From Octopus sinensis (lineage: Eukaryota): a stretch of 64,000 nt of DNA. Shown here one piece after another: positions 11,358-22,919 of the stretch. The position numbers and the translations under genes were made by a program. Position 1 is the stretch's first letter, and each line of letters begins with the position of its first letter. Location of the stretch: positions 87,606,001 through 87,670,000 of the forward strand of contig NC_043001.1 of assembly GCF_006345805.1 (NCBI RefSeq). Direction: 5' to 3'. The notes under the pieces were generated by a model. The model was not told the origin of the DNA and made no database searches. It saw only the letters and a program-made list of their open reading frames with translations.

Positions 11358-11570
11358 TATATACATATATATATATAACATATATATATATATACATATA
11401 TATATATCATATATATATACATATATATAATATATATATACATATATATATACATATATATATACATAATATATACATATATATATACATATATATATAC
11501 TTATACATATATAAATTTATACATATATATATATATATATACATATATATACATACACACACACATATAC
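10700..11570. repeat. (TA)n/(CATA)-type microsatellite
   Basis: Seen directly. Confidence 0.95.
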
Positions 11571-12218
11571 ATTATATTATATTTGCGCACATATTCAGAC
11601 TGAATCATACGTACTTGTAAAATAAAAATATATATTATTTACAACATTACATCTCTCCCGTTTCCATTCCCATATTGACAGTGTTCGAGTTACGGTATAT
11701 GCATGCTAGAAACTCCGACTTCTTTACACTGCATATATATAAAAAAAATTAACTATGAAATGATTAAAAATAAACCCAATTAAGTGTGACTGCATACATA
11801 CATACATACATATATATACACGCACAAAGGAACTTCGCATTGTAAGTTACCGTTTCGTTCAGCTAGCGAGAATTAAAAAGCTGATGTTTTTAAAAACTTG
11901 TTAAAAATCTCTTAAAGATATATTAAAAGCTACATTTTAAGCCATTCCGTATCTCTCCATATGTAAATCGTATATCTATATTTGTATGTATATATATATA
12001 TATTGTTTACGAATGAATTTTGTATTTTTTGTGGTCAGTTAGATCTTTTTTTTTTACCTAAAAATTTTAATAAGTGTGTGTATGTACATATTTGTTTGTC
12101 TTTGTGTATGTGTGCATATGTGCGTATGCGTAAATGTTTGTATGTATATAATTGTTTCACTTGACTTTAGTAGAGTGGAGAATTGTATGGTTCCAAGTTT
12201 TCATCACTGACCACTTAC

Positions 12219-12330
12219 CTCTCAGAGATTTCAGACCAGCCTGGCTAATTCCATGTTTACTGAGGAATAAAATAAGTGCATCGGTGTTAAAGTGTTTCAC
12301 TTGCTGTACACTGACACCAACAGAGGCCAT
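12219..12330 (-). CDS. Probable first coding exon of a second gene with N-terminal SAM-like helices (MASVGVSVQQVKHFNTDALILFLSKHGISQAGLKSLR)
   Basis: Kozak-like ACCATGG, unique non-repeat sequence, perfect GAG|GTAAGT donor at 12219 (phase 1). The pattern 'V..F..D.L..FL..HG' fits the start of a SAM domain. An in-frame upstream ATG at 12363 is also possible. I found no downstream exon in the window. Confidence 0.55.
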
Positions 12331-12689
12331 GGTCAGTGCAAGAGTGGAAGCTAGTTCATTCACAGCTGACTTACAATAAATATCTGCAAGATTTTTTTTT
12401 AATCTTTTTTCATTACTCCCGTGCTTGGTTCCAAATGATTACACTCAGCAACGGTTTGTAAATTATTTATATTTTTAAAAACATTCTTGTACTGACCAAC
12501 CTAATATTTCCACCACCACCATCACAACACATTAATTTGTCTCCCATAGTGCAAACATGACCCTAATTTAGAAAAAGGAACACCTATTGTTGTTGTTGAT
12601 GTTAAAACTTGTCCTACATTAAATATTTCACAGTGTCGATATACTCTTACTCTCACTTCTGATTTTTAACCAACGAAATAACCCGATTC

Positions 12690-13600
12690 CTTCCACCTCT
12701 TTTGCCTTTTTCTTGACCTGTTAAAAATAAATTTCTCATTACTTTCTTCTTCTCCCCTCCCCCCTCTCTTGCTTTCTTTTTCATCTATTTTAATATTTTT
12801 CTTTCTAGTAAATTTCTCCTCTGCATTCTCTTTCTTTCCCCTTCTCCCCCTTTATTCTTCTCTTACTCTTATTTCCGCCTCCTTCTTTCCCTCCTTTCTC
12901 TTTCTCCCCCCTCTCTTCCTATATCCTCATAATACTCTATTCTCTCTTTTCCCCCTCCCTTCTCTGACCACCAATATTCAGTTACCCTTTTTACTCCTCT
13001 TCACTTTCTCTCTCTCTCTTTTTCTAAGATCATTAAATTTTGTTCAAGGATAAAATGACTAATCTTTTATTTCCCTACTGCTGTGAGTGACGTAGTGGAA
13101 GGAGATGATAAAAGTAACAGGATGAAAGAGAAGAGAGGGGGATAGAAGAGAGGGGAAAGAGAGAGATATGGAATTTGAGTGAAAGAATAGAAAGAGAAAG
13201 AAATACGAACGAGAAAGAATTGTATGTAAATGAGAGAGAGAAAGAGAACGTGTGGATAATAGAGTGAAAGAGTAACTTTCAGTCAGAGTGGCTGATTGAA
13301 CAGGAATTCAGATGTAATGGGGAAGACAGAAAGAGAGAGTGATAAAGTAAAGATAATGAATGCGTGGTAAACAGAGGAGAAGGCAGAGTGTATGAGTGAG
13401 ACGGGGAGACAAAGAATGTGTGAGGAGAAGACAGAGTAAATAAGTATACTAGAGAGGGGGGAAAGCATAGCTGGAGTGACGAAAGAAAGGAGGTATGAGT
13501 GCTAAGTGATGTGAGGAGAAGGTTGAGTGTAACGCCATCATTGATAGTGAGAGAGGGAGAGAAAGAGAGACAGAGAGACAGATGGAGTGTGGTCATTAAA
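12690..13600. promoter_or_regulatory. Candidate promoter/5' region: CT-rich block, central TGACGT (CRE-like) motif near 13088, GA-rich block
   Basis: Strong strand-asymmetric pyrimidine then purine tracts, free of transposons, directly upstream of the 12219-12330 exon. Confidence 0.35.
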
Positions 13601-15637
13601 TTTCTGTTAAAATTAGAACAAGAGATCTGTGTTTAAGTGTGTGTGTCTATGGAAGAGTAGGATGGGAGCCTATCAAAAATGACAGCCACTGCTGCTGATA
13701 GTATATCGCTACTATTACTGCTGCGTGAACAGCAGAAGAAACAATTATTTTCATTACTTTATTACCACTACTACTGTGTTGCAGATCATTACTACTCCAT
13801 TCTTTACATTCTTCTTTGACTCACGTATATTTTATTCGTCTAATCATTTTAAAATTTATTCTCTCTCTCCATCTGTCTATTTGCCCTCCACTCTTCATTA
13901 GCTTCCTTATATCCCTTATTAAACTGTGTATTTATCTATCATTTATCTGTTTTTCTTTCTATCTATCGATTCTTCCATCTATGTATACAGCCATCTCTCA
14001 CTCTGTATCTAATTTCCGTCTCTACAGACATCTGACTATATGCGGGTGCCTATGATAAGTGCTAGTATGTATCATATATGTAATAGCTAGTTCAAACTGC
14101 AAGAATCTCGCTCTTATCTCTACAGGGAATATCAATCAGCACAATAAATATCTTTATTTTTTTTCTTTTTATGTACGTATCAGTCTATTAAAATGTTTTG
14201 ACAGCAGTACATTTTAACTGTTCACTCATAAGAGTAGCTGTTACATTTGACAGATAAATGAAAACCATCGTTATTTTTGTCCATTTATTTCTTGAATAGC
14301 AGAATACATTTTAGGCATTGCCTACATATATATGTGTGTAAAATGTTATTTAACCGCAGTTAGTCATGATCCAAGTGTTCCATATTTGACCATCACGTCC
14401 TTTTTTTTTTTTTTTTTTTCACAGACTTTGTATGTTTTAATTCCATACTCTTTCTCGGTTTAAGAACGTAGAATGTAGAGGGATACATTCTTGATTGGTG
14501 TTTCAAAACTGCAATTTCTTTGGATGTGTGGCAAGACGGATCAATGTTTACAATATTACTCAGAAAAAAAAATAGAGCAGCCCGAAGTCGTTGTTGACAA
14601 ACAACAGCAGTATACACGTCATTGATTGGTTGAAATTTACCGAAATACGACAACTTTAGCAAAAAATGACTTCCAAAACACTGTTCAAACAGAAAAGATC
14701 CCAGAATTTTCTCAACAATGCCTAGAGTAAAAGATGTTTTATGTGACACATTCTACCAATATACGAAGTTCGAAAGTGTTTAGTTTCAAAAAAATTATTT
14801 TTTAAATCTGACGGTCAAAAGGTAAAGATCCCCAAATTTTGAATAACAAAAATTAAATATCACAAGGGGACATCTGGATTTTAGAAATGATTCGGTGGGG
14901 CATGGCCAAAAATCGGTTGGGAACCACTGCCTTAAAGCCTAACTCCTAACCCTAAAAATTAACCCTAACTAGTATGCACTGTAAAAACATATGGTTATGT
15001 GGATGCATTGCGACCTCTGTATTTAAGTAGTGTCGAAAATATTTTGGAGTACTATGTTTGCGCTATCAGAATTTACGATTTTGCAAATAACTTTTAGAAC
15101 ATACTGTTTCAGTATTATCCCAAAGAGGTGTTATTTGAGGGAGATTTTTGTTGCTATTTCTTAAAGATCCAGCAACCAAGTGGACGTTGCTTTGTGCGAC
15201 AACTACGTAAGTCGTTGTTGTTTAGCTTTGTTTTAAGGAATCTGTATCCAAATTGCAACCTTCTCATTATTGTTATCATGGCTGTTCAAATTCTACCGAG
15301 GTCAATTTTGCCTTTCTTCCTTTCGGCGTGAATGAAATAAAAACCAGTTGAACACGGAGGTTGATTTGATCAACTAATGTCTTCCCCAAAATTTTAGGCA
15401 TTGCATCTTTAGTAGAAAGGATTGTTATTATTGCGTTGTGTCTGAGGAGAGTCTTTATTATCTTAATGCCTTATTATCTAACACATTCACCAGTTCAATT
15501 TCCATTCATTTATTTATATTGTTGTATTTAGGAATGGTCATTTTGCCATTTTAGCCAATAAAAACACACGCACTATATATTTGGTGTTACTTTGCTTCAG
15601 CGTTATTCATTTTTTACATTAATCTTAATCTTATTTC

Positions 15638-15681
15638 GACCAGAGTTCTTTCGTCACACTCCTGTGACCTCATCAGTGGTC
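15638..15681 (-). ncRNA. Minimal type I hammerhead-like motif
   Basis: Minus strand GACCA-CTGATGA-G-GTCAC-AGGAGT-GTGAC-GAA-AG-AA-CT-C-TGGTC: intact core, 5-bp stems I and II, one unpaired G at the base of stem II. Confidence 0.65.
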
Positions 15682-16109
15682 CTTTGCTTTCTTCTTTCTT
15701 ATTTGTGTGTCTCTACTTACTAACGGTCAGCCATTTTGTATTCCTATTGTATATCTGTTTCAACACATGATTTTACATCAAAAATCCTGCAAAACAAAAT
15801 ATATAAACGTATTATTTATATTCTTTTCTTCCAAAATTTCCGTTGCTTTTGCAACCTTAACGATGGATGTTCACTCAGTCCATTGTCACCGAGGTCAACT
15901 TTGGCTTTCATCCTGCCAGGATCAATAAAAGTAAGTACCAATCAAGTACTAGAGTCGCTGTAATCGATTATTTCCACCACCTCAATAACTACTGGCCCTG
16001 TAGCAAAATTTGACACTTATTATTACAATGATTCTGTTTCTGCTACATATGGCAGACTGGCTAGAGCATCTCAAAAAGAGAATAATCTTCAACACAGCAC
16101 ATGAGCCAG

Positions 16110-16470
16110 CTTTCATCATCATCATCATCATCATTTAACGTCCATTCTCCATGCTAGCATGGGTTGGACGGTTCGACTGGGGATCTGGGAAGCCAGAAGG
16201 TTGCACCAGGCTCCAGTCTGATCTGGCAGTGTTTCTACAGCTGGATGCCCTTCCTAACACCAACCACTCCGTGAGTGTAGTGGGTGCTTTTTACGTGCCA
16301 CCAGCACAGGTGCTAGGCGAGGCTGGCAACAACCACATTTCGATGGTGCTTTTTACGTGCCACTGGCATGGAAGCCAGTCTAGGTGGCGCTGGCATCAGC
16401 CACGTTCGGATGGTGCTTTTTACGTGCCACCAGCACAGGGATCACAACTGCAGTTTCCATTGATATTCAG
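16110..16470 (-). mobile_element. SINE/RTE-tail family C
   Basis: Reverse complement of the 10320-10695 family. Confidence 0.75.
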
Positions 16471-16740
16471 ATGCAAAATGATAATCATCATCAAATGGAC
16501 AGGATTTGCAAGCAAATATCTCATTTAAATAGTTGTGAGATTCCAACTGTAACAACAATTCAAACAAACAGGATACTGAAAAACCAAGCCAAATATGTGC
16601 TTGCTGCAGGAGAAAATATGAAAGAATGCTTCAATTCATGTTCTGATATTTGGAGACAGTTATCTTTTGGAATAAACAGGATGGGGTGGAAAATCGGGTA
16701 TTGTTTAGCGGTAACTATAAAATTTTTTTAATTTTCTAGG

Positions 16741-17730
16741 TTGTCAATCTGAGGACAGTGCAGTGGATTCAGAAAAAGTCGGAAGAGTCTAAAGGTGATT
16801 ACAAAGTACAGCAGCTCGGAAATCTCACTTTGATCATTCTGATAAGATAAGAACTGAATTTGTTGGTGAGATCCAGGCCATGATTGACAACGATCCTTCA
16901 AAGTCAGTCAGGTCCATCGCCAGGTCATGGGAGTGTCTGAGTTTCTTATCAGGCAGGTAGTGCATAAAAACATTTGGTATTCTTTATACGAAATGAGAAA
17001 GGGCCAATTTTTATCCCAAGTCATGAAGGACAAGAGGAAAAACCAGACAATGAAGCTTTTGAACAAGCTCAAGAATACCATCCAAATGAACATGCTTTGG
17101 TTTTTCTCAGATGAAAAAAATTTCTGGCAAGATCAGATGGTAAACACACAGAACAACTGTTGGCTAGCCGTGTCCTCAAAACATGTACTGAGAATGATAA
17201 AAATCAAACATCCAGTCAACATCATGGTGTTTGGAGTGATCACTAGTGATGGCAACGTTATGTCTCCATTCATCTTCCCACACGGCCTCACACACAATAT
17301 GGAGGCCTACATCAAATGCCTGAAGGAGGTAGTGCTGCCCTGAGTGAAGAGGGTGGATGCTGGAAGACCCTATGTCTAAGAACAGGATTCTGCACCATGC
17401 CACACAAGCAGGAGAACCCAATCATGGCTATCAGACAATTTCTGTGACCACATCATCCCTAACATCTGGCCACCTAACTCTCTAGACTGCAACCACCTTG
17501 ATTATTATGTGTGGGGCGCAGTTGAGTGAGAGACCAACAAACATCCTTTTATACCAAAGATGAACTGAAGGAAATGATTATGGCACTATTGACCAACTTA
17601 AATAAAGAGAACACCCAGGTTCAAGCCAAAGGCGATTTTATTGAATAAATTTACACTTTAATATTTCAAGATATTTTTATGTAATTTTGGTAAATAAATC
17701 TGTTAAAATGAGATGTCAGTGTTATTTCCA
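16741..17730 (+). mobile_element. Decayed maT-family (DD37D) Tc1/mariner transposon
   Basis: WFFSDEKNF, IMVFGVITSDG, and QDSAPCH...NSLDCNHLDYYVWG with 37 residues between the last two catalytic Asp; contains in-frame stops. Confidence 0.88.
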
Positions 17731-17744
17731 AATTTGAAAATTGC

Positions 17745-19215
17745 TGCCCTTATGGGGAAATTTGAAACTATTACTAATACTGTTCTGAAGTTGCTGTTCC
17801 TGTGGCAAAATTTGATATGGTTACCCGTACTGCCATGAAGTGGTGGCTTCAGTGGCAAACTGTGAGGCTGTCACAAGTAGTGTTATGGAACTGCCAGCCC
17901 TGTGGCAAAATCTGCAACCGCTGCTGTACTTTTATAGAACTGCTACCCCTGTGACGAAATCTGCGACTAGTAATGTAGTGTTATGGAAGGGCTGTCCCTC
18001 TGGCGAATCTGCAACCGGTAATGTAGTGTTATGGAAGGGCTGCCCCTCTGGCAAAATCTACAACTGGTAATGAAGTGTTATAGAAGGGCTGCTCCTCTGG
18101 TGAAATCTGCAACCATTAATGTAGTGTTATGGATTTGAGCTGCCCCTCTGGCGAAATCTGCGACTGTTAATGTAGTGTTATGGGTTGGCACTGCCTCTCT
18201 GGCGAATCTCAGACATGTCATCTAATGTTATGGGTTGCTCCTGCCCCTCTGGTGAATCTCGGACATGTCATGTAATGTTATGGGTTGGGTCTGTCAACTC
18301 TGGTGAATCCGTAATATGTCATGTAATGTTATGGATTGGCCCTGCCCCTCTGGCGAATCTCACACATGTCATGTAATGTTATGGGCGGGCCCTGCTCCTC
18401 TGGCGAATCCTTGGCATGTCATGTAATGTTATGGGTTGCCCCTGCCCCTCTGGCGAATTTCCAATATGTCATGTAATGTTATGGGTTGGACCTGCCTCTC
18501 TGGCGAATCCGTGATATGTCATGTAATGTTATGGATTAGACCTGCCCCTCTGGTAAATTTCTGTCATGCAATGTTATGGGTTGGCCCTGCCCCTCTGGCG
18601 AATCTCCAACATGTCATGTAATGTTATGGGTTGGTTCTACCCCTCTAGTGAATCTCCGACATGTCACGTAATGTTATGGATTGGCCCTGCTCCGCTGGCA
18701 AATCTCTGACATGTAATGTAATGTTATGGGTTGGGCCTGCCCCTCTGGTAAATTTCTGACATGTCATGTAAAGTTATGGGTTAACCCTGCCCCTCTGGCG
18801 AATCCATAACTTGTCATGTAATGTTATGGATTGGCTCTGCCCCTCTGATGAATCCCTGACATGTCATGTAATGTTATGGGTTGGCCCTGCCCCTCTCACA
18901 AATCTCCCATATGTCATGTAATGTTATGGGCTGGATCTTCCCCTCTGGCAAATCTGTGACATGTCATGTAATGTTATGGGTTGGCCCTGCCTCTCTGGCG
19001 AATCTCAGACATGTCATGTAATGTTATGGATTGGCTCTGCCCCTCTGGTGAATCCCTGACATGTCATGTAATGTTTATGGGTTGGCCCTGCCCCTCTCAC
19101 GAATCTCCCATATGTCATGTAATGTTATGGGCTGGATCTGCCCCTCTGGCGAATCCGTGACATGTCATGTAATGTTATGGGTTGGCCCTGCCCTGGCAAA
19201 TCCCCCCCGTCATGT
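17745..19215. repeat. Minisatellite, about 29 units of 48-51 bp (consensus atgtcatgtaatgttatgggttggccctgcccctctggcgaatctcagac)
   Basis: Exact 50-bp period at 18961/19011; left-hand units are a 48-49-bp variant. Confidence 0.95.
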
Positions 19216-19224
19216 CATGTCTTT

Positions 19225-20110
19225 TTAGCATCGAACTGATGAGCTTTGTGGAATTTCTGACCACTTTTTATGCAACAAACGAAAGAATCTATCTTGTATG
19301 CTCCAAAGATTTTCAATTGGGTTCATGTCAGGAGATTTGCTCGCCCAAGGAAGCTTTCTCATTCCATTTTCAGTCAGCCATTGTTGATTCCTATTCGCTG
19401 TGTGGCATGGAGCCCCATCTTCCATGAATAAAAACTTATTTTTCGTTATGTTATTATGTGAATACATTGGAAGTAGTCCTTGCTTAAGTATTTCAATGTA
19501 TTTTTCAGAGTTTATGTTTCCAACACATTCAATCAGCTCAGAATGACCATTGCTGGTGACAGCTCCCAATACCATTACAGAGATACCACCATGATTCACA
19601 GTTGGTTGGAGTCGTTTCAAATCAAATTCTTGATTGGGAAGCCTGTAGACCCAAACACGTCCACTGTCTGAAAATAATGCAAATTCATCTGAGAAATGAA
19701 CTGGATTTTTCTGGCATCTCCTCATTTCTTTCTTGGTTGTTCATAATACCCAAGCTTATGCAGATATGTGACACATGTTTTTGGACTAACTTCTAGCTGT
19801 TTTGCATTATCAGAAGCCTTTGAACAAGGTTCGTTTTCCACAATTCTCTTCAAACAGCGAAGCTTCCTTTCCAAGGGCCCAGGTCAGCCAGGATGAGAAT
19901 GTTGATCCTTTTCCTTGACTTTTGAATTGCACTATAATTCTATTTACAGTAGCAAGAGGAATTTGAAGATCTTTGGCAATTTTTTGGTGGCAAAGACCAG
20001 CCTCGGATTGCCCAATAGTACAACCTCTTTGAAAATCTGACAGTTCTGCTGAATTTTTTGTGCATGGCATGGTTACTCTTTGCAAATGTTTAATATAATG
20101 GCACCTGGAA
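19225..20110 (-). mobile_element. Decayed Tc1-family (DD34E) transposon
   Basis: N-terminal ELSDFQRG..IG HTH region; FSDE; HGGISVMV; FMEDGAPCH...SPDMNPIENLW with 34-residue D-E spacing; frameshifted. Confidence 0.9.
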
Positions 20111-21289
20111 TGAAAAAGAATAATTACATTGTATGTTTGTCTGTCTGTGTTTGTCCCCCACCATCGATTAACAACTGATGCTGGTGTGTTTATATCCTCA
20201 TAACTTAGTGGTTCAGCAATGAGACCGATAGAATAAGTACTAAGCTTACAAAGAATAAGTCCTGGGGTTGATTTGTTTGACTAAAAAGCAACACTCCAGC
20301 ATGGCCACAGTCTAATGACTTGAAACAAGTAAAAAAAAAAAAAAGAACATATAAAATAATAAAAGAGGTACTGAAAAGTTCTTAACTTTAAGGGTATCAC
20401 GAACCATTGTATATGTGTATATATGTGTGTATGTGTGTGTGTTTGTTCCCCCAACATTGCTTGACAACCGATGCTGGCGTGTTTACATCCCTGTAACTTA
20501 GCGGTTTGGCAAAAGAGACCGATAGAATAAGTACTAGGCTTACAAAGAATAAATCCTAGGGTCGATTTGCTCAACTAAAGGCAGTGCTCCAGCATGGCCA
20601 AAGTCAAATGACTGAAACAAGTCAAAGGGTAAAAGAGTATATGGTTATGTGAATTGTCGCAAAATCACAATAATGTATATCTCAAAATCTAGAGGTGATG
20701 AGTGAAAACTGGTTTTGTATCTGAAATCAGCACCTTAAAATTAGGCTAGAACAACTATTTTCATGTTTGCCTCTATTTCTCTATAAACTAGTGTAATTGT
20801 TGACAATTTACATTAACCTAATAAATATACATTTGATTTAAAAGAAACAATATTAAAAAAAAAATTCTGCCTGAAAACAAATACTAACTATTGAAACAAT
20901 GAATTAATTATGAAAGCAGGTCTAGTCCACTACTATTTGTTTGTACAATGTTCTATTGTCAAATGGTGGCTCTTTTGAATATCACATGTGATGCAATAAG
21001 ATAATGGAACGGATATAAAAGTAAAAAATATAACAGTTCATTTATAGGAAAGATCCTGATAGTTGTTAATGGGTTACAAATGTGTGGTTACTGATCATTG
21101 TTAGCTGTTTCTTTCTTTTTTAAAAATATGTTTGGAAACCATGTCTCCACTTTTGTTCACCATTCACCTATATCCCCATCTTTAACCATCTGTCACTTTT
21201 CTCTCATATTCTTATAAATTTATATACCCACCAGTCCAGATTGTCTATATTCTCTCTTAGGTTCACCTTGTATTATACTCTGACACCTT

Positions 21290-21548
21290 GTCACCTTTTG
21301 ACCCATAGAGTATATTGGTTAAGATACTGGGGTAGGTGGCCAGGTCTTTCCTCAGGCCAGAGCCATTTAGCCAGCATACTTACCATATGCCGTTGCCACC
21401 CCCAGCACGAGAACAGTTGGACTTTGAAGGGGGTATGCTTACAGCACCTAGGTTTCCTAAGCAGCCACCCATCTAAGTACTAACCAGGCTCGGCATTGCT
21501 TAACTTCAGTGATCAGACGAGAACCGGTGCTTTCAACGTGATATGGCC
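21290..21548 (-). mobile_element. 5S-rRNA-headed repeat (SINE3-like) or 5S pseudogene with a non-5S body
   Basis: 21436-21548 reverse complement reads GGCCATATCACGTTGAAAGCACCGGTTCTCGTCTGATCACTGAAGTTAAGCAATGCCGAGCCTGGTTAGTACTTAGATGGGTGGCTGCTTAGGAAACCTAGGTGCTGTAAGC, clearly 5S-derived. It lacks the first ~6 nt and has no oligo-T terminator. Confidence 0.85.
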
Positions 21549-22285
21549 TGGAGGATAGCAGCAATGGAGTGAGGATTGGAGGAAGAAATATTAACCTTCG
21601 CTATGCAGATGATACAACTCTGCTGGCAGAAAATAATAAGGATCTAGAGAATCTTATCCTGCCAGTCAAGAAAGAGAGTGAGAAATTTGGGCTGTACCTC
21701 AAAGTCAAGAAAACAAAGATCATGTCAACAGCAGCCACAACAAACATCAGCATCGATTGATAATGAAGAGATCAAAGTGGTTGATGATTTCATCTTCCTT
21801 GGCTCCAAAACAAATTGAAAAGGTAACTGTACTCCAGAAATAAGGCAGCAGATAGTACTAGGCAGAGAGGCAATGGTCAGCATGAGCAAGGTCTGGAAGA
21901 GTAGAGACATCAGACTCACTACCAAATGCAGATTGGTGAATGCAATTGTCTTCCCAATAGCAACATATGGATGTGAAACCTGGACAGCGAGGCTCACCAA
22001 TGGAGAAGTTCTTAACCAGATCAAGCCGAAACTGTCGCTAGAAGCTAGGATCACCAAGCATAGATTGACATATTTTGGTCATATTATGCGGAGAAGGACA
22101 CCATGCTCGGAATGGTCAGTGGCAAGAGAGGAAGAGGCCGACCAAGAACCCATTGGCTTGACACCATCAAGTGTGACACAGGAATGAACATAGCCAATCT
22201 ATAAGAAGCGACCCAGGATAGAACTGGCTGGAGGACACTGATCCATCGAGTAACTAAGAGTCGACTTTGACTGAGCGGATGGATG
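21549..22285 (+). mobile_element. 5'-truncated RTE (BovB-like) LINE with its 3' end
   Basis: RIGGRNINLRYADDTTLLAE, AIVFPIATYGCETW, LTYFGHIMRR; 3' end taagagtcgactttgactgagcggatggatga. Confidence 0.9.
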
Positions 22286-22919
22286 ATACCTTGTCACCAC
22301 CATCTTTGTCTTCTTTTCAGCTACTTCCACCCATGTTATATAATGCAGGATAGCCATATATTTTCCCTCTAGCAAGACATCTATGCAGTGTGAACTGGGT
22401 GCTTTTAAGTGGCACCTGCACAGAGTCACCAAGTACTTGCAATAAGTGGCAGGATATTGTGAAGGAAGTATGATTAAAGAGTGCAGAGGGAGGGGAGTGA
22501 GTAGCAAAAACCTAGATATATATAGATTTGGAGGGCTACTGGATAGCAATGATACAGAGGAATATGGCTGTGAGGACAGGATTGGGGAGTGAGAATTAGG
22601 CATAGTGCATTAAGGAGGAAATAGCAATGATACAGAGGATTAGTGTATGAAGGGGAAATATGAGGGGAGATGTAGATTGGTTTGTTGGGGTAAGGTGAGT
22701 GAAAAGCTTTCTTGTTATGTGTGGGTGGAACTCGCAGGTTGGGGGCTAGCAGAACACAACGATACAGTGGTACAGGGCCAAGAGGACAGGACTGGGGAGT
22801 GGGAGGTAAGCATAGTGCATGAAGTAGAAATGTGAGGAAGAGAAGAGATGTAGTTTGGTTTGTTGTGGTAGAGTGCGTGAGAAGTTTTCTTAAGTGTGGA
22901 TGCGACACACAGCACTTCT

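Noticed and set aside
221-11467. Many 60-190 aa ORFs rich in Y/I/V/C/M/H
   Set aside because: They are translations of (TA)n, (TG)n and (CA)n microsatellites, which lack stop codons in several frames.
11580-11980. Possible minus-strand exons just downstream of the 12219 donor
   Set aside because: In-phase readings stop after 1 to 17 codons, with no SAM continuation.
18070-19200. Regular repeat array superficially like CRISPR
   Set aside because: The units are contiguous with no unique spacers, the context is eukaryotic, and there are no cas genes. It is a minisatellite.
21436-21548. Functional 5S rRNA gene
   Set aside because: It is 5'-truncated, has several helix-disrupting substitutions, has no oligo-T terminator and is single-copy here. 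I treat it as a SINE head or pseudogene.
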